A stretch of 64,000 bases of DNA from an uncultured Chloroflexia bacterium (GCA_963814125.1 CAWFBR010000007.1:18506-82505), one strand, 5' to 3'; counted from the first letter of the stretch, positions 1 through 9,587 are shown. Numbers and translations: made by a program. The notes: generated from the sequence alone by a model not told the origin.

Positions 1-12
1 GGATTCGCTCCG

Positions 13-1224
13 ATGGCCTCCGCATCGACCGGATCAGTCGTCGTGCTCGGAACCACTCTGGTCGATGGGGCAACCGGACCAGAGGTTACCGAGGCCCAGG
101 CTCTTGGCCTGACGGTGGACGTCAAGACGGCGGGTGAGTGGGCGGCTATGAGCGCAGCCGATTTCGCGACGTACCGCGCGGTCATCCTCGCGGACCCGAG
201 GTGTTCAGCCGACGTGTCGAAGGTCGCCGCAGCCGCGGCAAACGCAACGACCTGGGGCGCGGTGGTCAACGGCGACGTAATCGTCATTGGGGCGGATCCC
301 TCGTATCACTATGGGACGGTCACCGGCGCGCATGACCTCGTCCAGAAGGGAATCGCGCTTGCCACGGGGCAGGCCGGGAAGACCGGTGCGTACATCGCCC
401 TGAGTTGCTACTACTACAGCGCTTCGGCTGGGACATCCGTTCCGATGCTGGCCGGCCTGAGTTCGTTCGGTCAATTCACGACGGTCGGCGTCAGTGGGTA
501 CGACGACGTCCACATCGTGGCGAGCGCCCCGGCACTCTCGGGTCTGACGGATGCTCTGCTGTCTGGTTGGGGCTCCACCGTGCACGAGGCCTTCGACAGC
601 TGGCCTCCAGACTTCCTGCCTTACGCAATCGCCACGACCGGCACCGTATACACGGCCACCGACGGAGTGGTGGGCACGCCGTTCGTCCTGACCCGCGGAC
701 CGTCCGTCAAGGCGGTCAGCTCGATCGCCCTTAACGCGCCCGCAAACGGGGCAAACGGAAGCCCGGCCACCCTCGCTGCCACGGTCGTCGTGGCCGACTC
801 TCCGGTTTCTGGGGTGACCGTGACCTTCACCGTTACCAGCGGCCCCGACGCCGGCACGCTCGGCACCGCCATAACAGATTCATCCGGCGTCGCGACGCTC
901 GAGTACACGGGAACTGATGGCGCAGTCGACGTCATAGTCGCCAGCTACCCGAGCGGTGAGACGACGTTCACGAGCGGGCCTTCGATCATCACCTGGGCCG
1001 CCCCTGCAGCGACTGCCACCCCGGACCCCGAGGCCTCGGCACCGCCCGCGGCGGCCGACCCACCCGAGGCGACGCTCGCGCCGGCGCCCGTGACGACGCC
1101 TCCGCCCACGGCGACCGGCTCCGGGCAGGATCCCACCGCGCCGTCGTCCACAGTGTTCGCCTGGCTGGCGGTCGGCATCTTCGCGGTGACGATCCTGGCC
1201 TTCGTTCGCCGGCGCCCTGCCTGA
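13..1224 (+). CDS. Surface-anchored protein: uncharacterised N-terminal alpha/beta domain, Ig-like (Big_1-like) domain, Pro/Thr/Ala linker, C-terminal TM anchor; 5' end probably outside the window
   Basis: 403-aa ORF; GVTVTFTVTSGP...TDSSGVATLEY Ig-like pattern; ends TTPPPTATG + hydrophobic helix + RRRPA. Confidence 0.7.
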   Translation: MASASTGSVVVLGTTLVDGATGPEVTEAQALGLTVDVKTAGEWAAMSAADFATYRAVILADPRCSADVSKVAAAAANATTWGAVVNGDVIVIGADPSYHYGTVTGAHDLVQKGIALATGQAGKTGAYIALSCYYYSASAGTSVPMLAGLSSFGQFTTVGVSGYDDVHIVASAPALSGLTDALLSGWGSTVHEAFDSWPPDFLPYAIATTGTVYTATDGVVGTPFVLTRGPSVKAVSSIALNAPANGANGSPATLAATVVVADSPVSGVTVTFTVTSGPDAGTLGTAITDSSGVATLEYTGTDGAVDVIVASYPSGETTFTSGPSIITWAAPAATATPDPEASAPPAAADPPEATLAPAPVTTPPPTATGSGQDPTAPSSTVFAWLAVGIFAVTILAFVRRRPA

Positions 1225-1364
1225 GCGTCGCCATGTCGGCGCGCTGGTCCCGAGACTCCGTAGCGCCGCCCGGGCCTGCCGTCCCGGGGCACGCGACAAC
1301 CTCGCCGCCCAGGGCGATATCGCGAGACGATTGCGGCACTAACAAAGCCGCAATTGGGAACCTG

Positions 1365-1886
1365 ATGAAGCGCTCGATATCGCGTCTAGCCGCTCTGGCG
1401 GTGGTTACTCTCATGCTCGCGGCGTGTAGCAGCTCGGCAGCGACTTCCTCCCCGGTTCCGGCCGCGCCATCGCAGTTGGCCTCGACCGTCCCGGCAGCCA
1501 GCGCCATGCCGGTCGAAGCGACGCCGGCCCCTACCCCGAACGAGACGGCCATGTCTTCGGAGGCCCCGACGCCCCTCGGCCTCGGCGGTCAATGGAGCGG
1601 GACGTGGACGGACACCTCGCCCGACACATCCAGCGGCACGTTCGCTCTGACGTGGACGCAGACGGGCAACAATCTGGCGGGCACGATCACGGTCAGTGGC
1701 ACGCCCTGCCTCACCGCCGGCACGGTGACCGGCTCGATCAACGGCAGCTCCATCAGCTTCGGGGCCGTCTCGGGCCAGATCACGGTCACGTACGACGGCA
1801 CCTTCGCCGCAAGCACGATGCAGGGGACGTACAGCGCCCCGACGTGCGGCGACGCCACGGGCAACTGGTCGGCCACTCACAACTAG
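1365..1886 (+). CDS. Hypothetical lipoprotein with beta-rich C-terminal domain
   Basis: MKRSISRLAALAVVTLMLAAC lipobox; S/P/T linker; GQWSGTW...GNWSAT beta-barrel-like region. Confidence 0.8.
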   Translation: MKRSISRLAALAVVTLMLAACSSSAATSSPVPAAPSQLASTVPAASAMPVEATPAPTPNETAMSSEAPTPLGLGGQWSGTWTDTSPDTSSGTFALTWTQTGNNLAGTITVSGTPCLTAGTVTGSINGSSISFGAVSGQITVTYDGTFAASTMQGTYSAPTCGDATGNWSATHN

Positions 1887-2061
1887 CCGCTCAGAACAAG
1901 GCGCCGGCGAGTCCGCTGCGTGTGACCGCGGGGAGGGCCTCCGGGCCCGGCGCAGAGAAGCCGATATCCTGAGCCGCAGCCGAAACGCCGCCCGCCTTCG
2001 GACGGGTTAGCCGCGGATGTCGGACGGTCACGTCCCGTGAGCGCCCGATGAGAGGAGGCGG

Positions 2062-2943
2062 GTGGACTACGCCCAAGCGATCATCCTTGGCCTGACGCAG
2101 GGGATCACCGAACTGTTCCCGGTATCGAGCCTGGGCCATTCGGTGATCCTGCCGAAACTCCTGGGCTGGGACAACATCGTTGCCGCCCAGTCGGCCCAGG
2201 AGTCGTTCTTCCTGGCCTTCCTGGTTGGGCTTCACGTAGCCACCGCGCTGGCACTCGCGGCGTTCTACTGGCGCGACTGGGCCCGGATCGTGGGCGGCGT
2301 TCTCGGCTCACTGCGGACCCGACGAATCGAGACCTCAGACGCTCGCCTGGGCTGGCTGCTCATTGTGGCCACTATCCCGGCCGGGATCATGGGCGTGCTC
2401 TTCGAACACACCTTCCGGACCATCTTCGCCAGGCCGCTTCTGGCCGCCGGGTTCCTCATCCTCAACGGCCTGATCCTGCTTGCCGGGGAGTGGCTCCGCC
2501 GCCGGGCGGAAGTTCGAGCTGTCGCGGTCGCCCACGGCCTCAACCCTGCAGGCGCCCGCAGGCTCGACACACTGGAGTACCGCGAGGCGGGTCTGGTCGG
2601 GGTCTTCCAGATCGGGGCGCTGCTGGCCGGGATCAGTCGCTCGGGCATCACGATGGTGGCGGGACTGGTCCGAGGCCTGGACCACGAGGATGCGGCGCGC
2701 TTCTCGTTCCTGCTGGCCACCCCGATAATCCTTGCGGCGGGCGTCTACAAGCTCCCCGACCTCCTCGGCCCCAACGGGCACGGCGTGGTGGGTCAGGTCC
2801 TCGCCGGCAGCGTCGCCGCGGGTATAGCGGCCTACGTCTCGGTCCGGTTCCTCAGCCGCTACTTCACGACCCGAACGCTCACGCCCTTCGCGATCTACTG
2901 TCTTGTGGTGGGCGCCCTGGCGGCTCTTCGCTTCGCGCTGTAG
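2062..2943 (+). CDS. uppP: Undecaprenyl-diphosphate phosphatase (BacA family)
   Basis: QGITELFPVSSLGH and GISRSGITM motifs; multiple TM helices; GGAGG RBS before GTG. Confidence 0.95.
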   Translation: MDYAQAIILGLTQGITELFPVSSLGHSVILPKLLGWDNIVAAQSAQESFFLAFLVGLHVATALALAAFYWRDWARIVGGVLGSLRTRRIETSDARLGWLLIVATIPAGIMGVLFEHTFRTIFARPLLAAGFLILNGLILLAGEWLRRRAEVRAVAVAHGLNPAGARRLDTLEYREAGLVGVFQIGALLAGISRSGITMVAGLVRGLDHEDAARFSFLLATPIILAAGVYKLPDLLGPNGHGVVGQVLAGSVAAGIAAYVSVRFLSRYFTTRTLTPFAIYCLVVGALAALRFAL

Positions 2944-3013
2944 GGGCCAGTGCCTTGCGCTGCCCATGCAGCGGGCCAAGCTGTTCGGCCGGTTGACGAA
3001 TTGTGGCTGCGGA

Positions 3014-3313
3014 TCAGCCAGCCGTCACCGTCTGCTGCGTCTCCACGGGAGTGACCGCGTAGACCGTCGCGTCTTCCCACGCGACGAAGCCGGACAACTC
3101 GAGGAGTTCATTCACCACGTGGGCATTGGGGGCATCGATCAATGCGAACGTGGTGTGAGCCCCGGTGTTGACCCACGCACCCTCCAGGCGGGCATCGTGG
3201 TCCTTGCCCAGTGTCTGCAGCCGCGTGAATGCGGTCCGCTCCATCTTCTGGTGCTCCTCGGAGCGGTAAGCCAGGCTCTCGGCGTTATGCCTCATTACGA
3301 CGATGTGCAGCAC
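3014..3313 (-). CDS. Small ferredoxin-like-fold protein (GYD/DUF3303-like)
   Basis: 99 aa; HTTFALIDAP pattern; GGAGG RBS; last gene of the PadR cluster. Confidence 0.6.
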   Translation of the reverse strand: MLHIVVMRHNAESLAYRSEEHQKMERTAFTRLQTLGKDHDARLEGAWVNTGAHTTFALIDAPNAHVVNELLELSGFVAWEDATVYAVTPVETQQTVTAG

Positions 3314-3334
3314 AGTGGCGTTCCTCCACTTCGG

Positions 3335-3730
3335 TCAGTGCAGCCGTTCCATGTGGTTCACGATGCGACCGGCCGCGTATTCAATGGACGCCTCGTCGAT
3401 GTCTCGAATGTCGGTCACGATCGGCTCGATACCGTTCGCGGCGAGGCGATCGTAGGCTCCGCGTCCCATGCCGCCGCACAGGATGGCTTTGCAGTCCGCG
3501 ATTGCCGCGGCCATCTGATCGTGGCGGGCGTCCGAGGCTGGACCTACTCCGTGCGGGCCCACTGCGCGCTCCTCATGGACTTCATTTCCCGACCCGTGAG
3601 GCGAGAACTTGGGGCGGATTTCGCGCGCGACCACGGAGCCGCTCTCGACCGTCAGAACCGCGTAGTTCGCAGCCCGTCCGAAGTGGCTGCCGACCGTGCG
3701 TCCATCGTCCGTGGCAATAGCGATCTTCAC
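3335..3730 (-). CDS. NifB/NifX (FeMo-cofactor-binding) family protein
   Basis: KIAIATDDG..V.SHFGRA and DCKAILCGGMGRGAY.RL...GIEP motifs. Confidence 0.88.
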   Translation of the reverse strand: MKIAIATDDGRTVGSHFGRAANYAVLTVESGSVVAREIRPKFSPHGSGNEVHEERAVGPHGVGPASDARHDQMAAAIADCKAILCGGMGRGAYDRLAANGIEPIVTDIRDIDEASIEYAAGRIVNHMERLH

Positions 3731-3848
3731 GTGGAGATTCTCCTTTGTCCGCCTGATTGATGAAGGTCCCGGTCGGGAGGTCAGTGTTGAGACCGGTTAT
3801 GGGCATCGTGGCCGGATCGAGACCGCGATCCCAGGGCGCGCCCGTGCC

Positions 3849-4166
3849 TCACGTATTGTCCGCGCTGTCGCCCACGTCCTCCGTGCCACCGAGATCGCGC
3901 AGGTCCTGTTCGACCGCTCGGATCTCGTCGCGCAGGGAGGCCAGGTAGGCCTCCAGCTGTGTTGAGGTGGACCGCCGTGCGACGGCGCCCCCAAGGCGTC
4001 CCCGCCGCCGGTACGGTCGAGGATCCACGTCTGGGCCATCCCAGCCTGGACCATCCCAGCCTGGGCCGTAGGCAGACCCTGGGCCGTAGCCAGGCCCCGG
4101 GCCACAGCCCCCATGCCAGCCTTCGTAGCCGTGGCAGCCGTAGCCATAGCCGTGGTGATATCTCAT
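3849..4166 (-). CDS. Gly/Tyr/His-rich small protein with C-terminal coiled coil (DUF5320-like)
   Basis: GYGP/GPGWD repeats then LEAYLASLRDEIRAVEQDL; GGAGG RBS. Confidence 0.65.
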   Translation of the reverse strand: MRYHHGYGYGCHGYEGWHGGCGPGPGYGPGSAYGPGWDGPGWDGPDVDPRPYRRRGRLGGAVARRSTSTQLEAYLASLRDEIRAVEQDLRDLGGTEDVGDSADNT

Positions 4167-4167
4167 C

Positions 4168-4587
4168 TCAGACCTCCTTGGTCGAATCGGACGCGCCGGC
4201 CACCCGGCCGGACTGCTCGTATTGCTTCAGGAACTCACCCACGAGGCGAGCGCGTTCCCGCATGACCGACGCCCAGTCGTCCAGGGCTGCACGACCGGCA
4301 TCGGTGAGGACATAGCCCCGCCGGGCGGCCCCGGCCTCGGGCATCTCCCAGCGCGACTCCACGAGGCCCGCGATCTCGAGCTCGCGCAGTGTGCGATAGA
4401 GCTGGCCGACATCCACGTCCGCCGCCGCCACGCCCAGGTCGTTGAGTTGGCCCAGCAGCGAGTAGCCGTGGGCCGGTTCGCCCGCCAGCAGAACCAGAAG
4501 AAAGGGTTCCAGCCAGCGGCGCCTCGGCCCGCCGGGCGACCAGCCGCGCTGGTGCTGATGGTGCTGATGGTCGGGTGAGTGATGCAT
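4168..4587 (-). CDS. PadR-family transcriptional regulator with His-rich N-terminus
   Basis: LLVLL..EPAHGYSL, LYRTLRELE..GLVESRW, ARRGY.LTDAG motifs. Confidence 0.9.
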   Translation of the reverse strand: MHHSPDHQHHQHQRGWSPGGPRRRWLEPFLLVLLAGEPAHGYSLLGQLNDLGVAAADVDVGQLYRTLRELEIAGLVESRWEMPEAGAARRGYVLTDAGRAALDDWASVMRERARLVGEFLKQYEQSGRVAGASDSTKEV

Positions 4588-4588
4588 G

Positions 4589-4609
4589 ATATATGTCTCA
4601 CGCATATAT
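4589..4609. promoter_or_regulatory. Inverted repeat, probable PadR autoregulatory operator
   Basis: ATATATG-N7-CATATAT immediately upstream of the padR start; AT-rich in GC-rich DNA. Confidence 0.6.
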
Positions 4610-4820
4610 TGGCTTGCCTGGGATGGGCGGGAGTAGGGCCAAATGGCCCGATGGCCGCTCAACCGGGCCGTGATGCCGGCACCGCGCCAGGCCGCAGTTC
4701 AGGCGCGCGCGCGAAGCTTCCTTCCGCGATCCGGACGGACACTTGATCGAGATAAGCGAGAGCCGCAGCCGGGGTTAGCGGCGGTCGCTCCCGCATCGTC
4801 TCGGGTGTGGCCGCGTAGCC

Positions 4821-5888
4821 CTAAGGCATCGAGAACTGCAACGTCCACGGCCCCTGGAGCCGGACCTGTGTTGCGTCCGGGCTGTCCGGATCCGGCTGGC
4901 CCACGATCTCCGTCACAGTGACCGCCCAGTCTCCGCTTGCGTCGTCCACACCGCTCGACGTGTAGGCCGTCAGCGTCGCCGACCCTTCCTGCCACGATGT
5001 CACATCCCCATTGAGGGTCTGCGCGCCATGCTGAACGGAGAAGATCGGGGCCCAGCTCGAATCGACCCCCGAGGAACCGGTCACGCCAAGCTCCAGCATG
5101 ACCGTCGACGGCGCGGCGACCACCCGATCCAGGGTCACCGTCACGCCGTCGTGCTCGGCGATTACCCCTGGCGTCGCCTCCGACCCGCCCGCCACCGTGA
5201 GGTCGAATGAGAACGAGGCGCCGGCGGAGATGTTCTGCCAGGGATCCAGCCGGCCGTCGAGGGTACTGACGGAGACGCTTGCAACGGTCACCTGGAACGC
5301 TCGTCGACCGGGAGGCGCCGGGGCGGTCGTGGGAGAGTACCAGATCATGCTTGCTGCGGCCGATGTACTCCCGGGAGCCCCAACACCCGTCGTCGCCTGC
5401 CAAACGACGCCCTGACTGTCGGTCAACGTGACGCCACCGACGTCGACCTGCGACCAGCCTCGGTCCTGGACGTCGGCCACTGAGACGGCGACCATCGCCT
5501 GGTTCGCGTCGGCGTAGGCCCGCTCGAGGGTGATCTTGTAGCCATCGACGACCTGGGTTAGCCCGAGCGACTCGCCCCTGTCCCAGGTTAGGCCACCTTC
5601 GGAAGGGTAGAAGACCTCCGGCGGATAGGTGACATACGACAGGCTCACACCGGCCGCGACGGTTGAGATGGCAATCAGCAGGGCGGAAATGAGGACCAGA
5701 CGACTCGGACGGCGGAGAGACTTGCGTGGGTGAGTCGGTTCGGGATGTGCCAGTTGCCCGATCGCCGCGGAGATGCGCTGCTCCAGCCGAGCCGCAAGAT
5801 GCGGCGGAATGTCGATTTCGTAGGCGTCGGCGAGGCTCGCTTCGAGAATCTCGCCGTTGGGCGCGGAATGGACGTCAGGTGTCGTCAC
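4821..5888 (-). CDS. Putative anti-sigma factor (DUF4179-like, single TM, two extracytoplasmic beta domains)
   Basis: Overlaps the 3' end of the ECF sigma gene; one TM; ITLERAYAD and VTVTLDRVVAAP repeats. Confidence 0.7.
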   Translation of the reverse strand: MTTPDVHSAPNGEILEASLADAYEIDIPPHLAARLEQRISAAIGQLAHPEPTHPRKSLRRPSRLVLISALLIAISTVAAGVSLSYVTYPPEVFYPSEGGLTWDRGESLGLTQVVDGYKITLERAYADANQAMVAVSVADVQDRGWSQVDVGGVTLTDSQGVVWQATTGVGAPGSTSAAASMIWYSPTTAPAPPGRRAFQVTVASVSVSTLDGRLDPWQNISAGASFSFDLTVAGGSEATPGVIAEHDGVTVTLDRVVAAPSTVMLELGVTGSSGVDSSWAPIFSVQHGAQTLNGDVTSWQEGSATLTAYTSSGVDDASGDWAVTVTEIVGQPDPDSPDATQVRLQGPWTLQFSMP

Positions 5889-6453
5889 GGTACGTCTCCC
5901 TAAGCGCCGCGAGCGCACGGCTCAGGATCTTCTGGGCGGCAGCCTCGCTCTTCCCCAGAGTGGCCGCGATCTGGCGGGCGGTCAGGCCGCCCGCGTAGCG
6001 AAGGACGATTGCCTCTCGCTGGACTTCGGGCAGTCGGCTCACTCGCGACCGCAGCTCGGCCAGCCATTCGCGCCGGAGAAGCTCGTCCTCCGGCAGCGCC
6101 GGCGCACGCAACTCCGCATCCGGTGTCGCGACGAACGGGTGGCGGCGTCTCGAACGGTCCGCGTCGAGCGCCGCATTACGTGCGATGGTGAAGAGCCAGG
6201 CCAGGAAGCCTCCGCCAGACGGCCGATACCGGCCGATCGCCTTGAGTGCCCGCTCGAAGGCGATAGCCGTCAATTCGGCCGCCTCGTCGTCCGAGGCTGC
6301 TCGCGCCCGGAGGAACCGGAAGACGCTCAGGTGATGACGCCGATAGAGGAGCTCGAAGGAACGGGGGTCATCCCGGGCGACCGCGGCGATCTCATCGTCG
6401 AGCTCGTCCACCTGTCGGGCTCCTTCGAGGCTACCCCACCCGATCTCAGCCAC
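5875..6453 (-). CDS. ECF RNA polymerase sigma factor (sigma-70 group 4)
   Basis: FELLYRRH, FLAWLFTIARN, LPEVQREAIVLRY..GLT..QIA motifs. Confidence 0.93.
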   Translation of the reverse strand: MAEIGWGSLEGARQVDELDDEIAAVARDDPRSFELLYRRHHLSVFRFLRARAASDDEAAELTAIAFERALKAIGRYRPSGGGFLAWLFTIARNAALDADRSRRRHPFVATPDAELRAPALPEDELLRREWLAELRSRVSRLPEVQREAIVLRYAGGLTARQIAATLGKSEAAAQKILSRALAALRETYRDDT

Positions 6454-6576
6454 GCTTCTCCTTCAGTGGCATTGTCGTCTACTCCGATAACGCGCGACCG
6501 GGGGAAACCGGACACTCGACTTCGCCAGTCGATGGACGGGGAGACGTGAGCCGCTGCCTCATTCGCATCCATGCCC

Positions 6577-6615
6577 TTGACATAGAGCGTATTGATCTAG
6601 TATATATAGATCAAT
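6577..6615 (+). promoter_or_regulatory. Sigma-70-like promoter with overlapping palindromic GntR/YtrA operator
   Basis: TTGACA at 6577; ATTGATCTA-N7-TAGATCAAT perfect inverted repeat 6591-6615 overlapping the -10 region and ATG. Confidence 0.75.
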
Positions 6616-6964
6616 GTTGTTCGAGATCGACACCCTCAGCTCGGTTCCCATCTACGGCCAGATCGCTGCCTGCGTCCGTCGCGCGATCGCTGCCGGAACC
6701 CTCGGGCCGGGGGTGAGGCTGCCTCCCTCGCGCGAGGTCGCTCGGGAACTCGAAGTGAACATGCACACGGTGCAGCGTGCCTACTGCGAACTCAGGGACG
6801 AAGGTCTGTTGGAGTTGCGTCAGGGACGGGGTGCGATTGTCACCGGCAATCGGGAGGCTCTGTCGCCACGTCTTCGCGCGCTGATTCGCGACCTGCTGAC
6901 GGAGGCGGACGAACAGGGCCTTACCGCCGTAGAGCTCACCAGGTTGATGGAGGCGATGCGATGA
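6614..6964 (+). CDS. GntR-family (YtrA subfamily) regulator
   Basis: PIYGQI, LPPSREVARELEVNMHTVQRAY; short C-terminus. Confidence 0.92.
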   Translation: MLFEIDTLSSVPIYGQIAACVRRAIAAGTLGPGVRLPPSREVARELEVNMHTVQRAYCELRDEGLLELRQGRGAIVTGNREALSPRLRALIRDLLTEADEQGLTAVELTRLMEAMR

Positions 6965-7938
6965 AGGGGACCGATGCGGTCCTGCCGGCAGGGGCGCGGC
7001 GTACGGTCAACTGGCCACTGGGCGCCTTCGTTGTCATCCTGGCCGTGCTCTTCACCGGCAGTTTGCTGGCAGCGCTGGCCTTCGAATCCCGACTTCCCGA
7101 TTTGGCGCGCACCGCCGACCGCCAATTCCTCACCAACGAAGTGGTCGCGACGGCGCTTTATCTGGCCTGGATTGGGCTTCACGGCCAGCCCAGGGTCCGG
7201 TTCGCGGTCGAGACGGTACTTCCCATCGGGCTGTTCGTGGTCGGTCTCAACTTCTCCTGGCTGCTCGTCACGGTGTGGCTCAATGTCGACTCGCCCACCT
7301 TCCAACCGTTCTGGCAGTCGCTTCCGGGAGCTGGCCTCGCGATCGGCAGTCTGCCCGTTTGGGTGCTGCCCGGGCGGTACCTGGCCCTTCGAGCCTCCGC
7401 AGAAAGACTCCGCCGCGAAGCGGTCTCGGGTCGGCGCTCGGCATGGTTCGCCGAGACGGCCGTCGACCGATCCTGGCGACGGCTCAACGCCGTCACGATC
7501 GGGATCCCGCTCGCCCTGCTGATCGTGTTGCTCGAGCTGGTGCGCCCGCTCTCCTCACTGCCACTCGAGCTTGCGTTCGTCGGCTTATGGGCCGTGGCGG
7601 TCGCCGTTGGGGACCACGTCACGGTGTCCATCACGGACGCCGCGGTCAAGGTCAGGACCGGCTGGCTGAGCGGCAACCTGGGCTGGAGTCTGTCCCTCTC
7701 CGAGATCGCGGCGGTGAGAGCGGTGGACGCCGGGCCCGAGTTCCTGAGCTTCGACCGCAAGCGCTGCATCCTTCGCACCGGGCCGGCGCTGGAGGTCGCC
7801 ACGACCTCGGGCGGTCGCTACGCCGTGAGCCTGGAGGAAGCCGACGAAGCGGTGGCGGTTCTCACGAAGCTACTCGCAGAGGTACCGTCCTCAGGCCGCT
7901 CGGAGCGACAGAATCTGGTGCGTCAGACAGAAGGCTGA
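6961..7938 (+). CDS. Multi-pass membrane protein with C-terminal bacterial PH-like domain
   Basis: ATGA overlap with gntR; about 6 TM helices; GPALEVATTSGGRYAVS tail. Confidence 0.7.
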   Translation: MKGTDAVLPAGARRTVNWPLGAFVVILAVLFTGSLLAALAFESRLPDLARTADRQFLTNEVVATALYLAWIGLHGQPRVRFAVETVLPIGLFVVGLNFSWLLVTVWLNVDSPTFQPFWQSLPGAGLAIGSLPVWVLPGRYLALRASAERLRREAVSGRRSAWFAETAVDRSWRRLNAVTIGIPLALLIVLLELVRPLSSLPLELAFVGLWAVAVAVGDHVTVSITDAAVKVRTGWLSGNLGWSLSLSEIAAVRAVDAGPEFLSFDRKRCILRTGPALEVATTSGGRYAVSLEEADEAVAVLTKLLAEVPSSGRSERQNLVRQTEG

Positions 7939-8089
7939 ACCGGCCTCCCACGCCACTTGAACGTTCGGCGCGCATGATCTAGACGTGTTACGCGGGCCTT
8001 TCCGAGGCCCCTCCGGTCCCGAAGCGCGGACCGCGGCCGGGATCCCCGAACGCCCGGCCGGACGAGACGAAGCGGCGGTGCGCTAACGA

Positions 8090-8782
8090 ATGTCCGACGA
8101 TCGAATGCCCGACGACACAGAAGGACGACCCCTTCGGCACACCGGACCGGAGCCGAAGAGTCGCTGGACGGGCGCCGGCCGCCTCCGATCGACCGGCCGT
8201 GTTCCGCCCTTGCTGTCCGTTGCCCTCGTGGGTGCCGTAGCCGGGCTCGTCGCCGGTTTGGGGCTCGGGTACCGACTCGGCGCTGTCGCACCGCTGCCCG
8301 CGCCTACGCCTCTGCCGGCGGATCTCGAGGCGGATCGCGTCAGCGCAAGGCTCGAGCTTGCCTTCGAGTCGGCAGCGCCCGGTGGCTGGGCGGTCTGCAG
8401 CCTGGGCCGGGAGGTCGCGTGCCGCCCGCTCGTCGTCGGGCTTACGGATCCGCGCGTGCCTCCGTCCGAATACGGCCTCGGCTGGTACGGCAGAACCGAC
8501 CTGACCCGAGTGGCCGTTAGCCCGGCCCATCTGGTTCTGGCGGCCTCCATGGGCCAGGGCGCTGTCTCCGCCTGGCTGAACCCCATCGGGCCCGGCGATG
8601 CGTTCACGGGGACGATCGACCTGACCCCGGTCGACCCGGGCGGGCGCGGGACCTTCTACTTCGACCTCGGGACCCTTGGCCCCGGCCACTACGTGATCGA
8701 AACGGACCTCCTGGCCGTGCCCCAGCCAGGGGAGTCAGTGCATATGGTGCAGTCCAGCCTGGTCGGCTTCGTGGTGGGCTGA
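8090..8782 (+). CDS. Hypothetical single-TM protein
   Basis: 230 aa, one N-terminal TM, protein-like composition. Confidence 0.6.
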   Translation: MSDDRMPDDTEGRPLRHTGPEPKSRWTGAGRLRSTGRVPPLLSVALVGAVAGLVAGLGLGYRLGAVAPLPAPTPLPADLEADRVSARLELAFESAAPGGWAVCSLGREVACRPLVVGLTDPRVPPSEYGLGWYGRTDLTRVAVSPAHLVLAASMGQGAVSAWLNPIGPGDAFTGTIDLTPVDPGGRGTFYFDLGTLGPGHYVIETDLLAVPQPGESVHMVQSSLVGFVVG

Positions 8783-8818
8783 GCAGCGACGGCAGCCAGA
8801 TCAGACCGAGTCGTCGCG

Positions 8819-9025
8819 CTAGTTCTTTGTGACCATGACCTGATTCGTCTGGGGCAACATGGCAATGCTGGACCCCAGCCGCGTACACCAGGCGAGGAGA
8901 TCCCGCGACCACTCCTCCTCCCAGTCGGGAGGCAGCCGGACCACGACCGTCTGCCCTGACCGGCGGTCCTTCAGGGCTTCTTCGATCGACTGACAGAGAG
9001 TGTCGTAGTTCGGAGACTTAGCCAC
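8819..9025 (-). CDS. Small hypothetical protein
   Basis: GAGGAGG RBS before GTG; 68 aa, globular composition. Confidence 0.55.
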   Translation of the reverse strand: MAKSPNYDTLCQSIEEALKDRRSGQTVVVRLPPDWEEEWSRDLLAWCTRLGSSIAMLPQTNQVMVTKN

Positions 9026-9218
9026 TGTGTGCCCTCCTCGTTGGCCAAACAACCACCCGGGCGTAGTCTAGCGGGAGGCGCCCCTGGGCGGGCGGTCCTG
9101 CCGACCCGCGTAGGGTGGACGGGTCGCCGATCGTCCTCAGCCGATGAGCTCAGGCGGCCCCGCCGAGTTAGTGTTTGCGAAGAGCGGAGTCTGTGTAGCC
9201 CAAAGTGAGGTTCCCAAG

Positions 9219-9470
9219 ATGCTCTTCCTGGTGAAGCAGGTCCACACGCCGGAGCACTGCCCAAAGGATCAGGGTGGCACCAAGACGCTCTACGACGCCG
9301 AGGTGCCAGGAGTGAAGCTCGACCGGGTCCTCGGTGACTTCTCGCGCCACACTGTCTACTACCTTCTGGAAGCGGAGTGGCTGGAGGACGTCCAGACGTT
9401 CCTTGAGCCGGGGTGGGGCCTGTGCACCTCGGAGGTCACACCTCTGTCGGAGGAGCCGATCGGCGGATAG
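9219..9470 (+). CDS. Small GYD/DUF3303-like protein
   Basis: MLFLVKQVHTPEHCP...HTVYYLLEAE; resembles the 3014-3313 protein. Confidence 0.6.
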   Translation: MLFLVKQVHTPEHCPKDQGGTKTLYDAEVPGVKLDRVLGDFSRHTVYYLLEAEWLEDVQTFLEPGWGLCTSEVTPLSEEPIGG

Positions 9471-9587
9471 GCCTGCCTATCATGTGCGCGTCCCCGACCT
9501 GGAGAGGCCCGCCGAGCCATACAACGGAATTCTGACAGCCGAGGTTCCGCGCCCTCCGGGCGTCGGCTGACACGAAGTGCTTCCCTG

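Noticed and set aside
1290-1364. c-di-GMP riboswitch before the lipoprotein gene
   Set aside because: Only a simple ATTGCGGC/GCCGCAAT hairpin; GEMM consensus not matched.
3335-3730. Nitrogen fixation
   Set aside because: NifX-like domain only; no nifHDK or nifB radical-SAM gene in the window.
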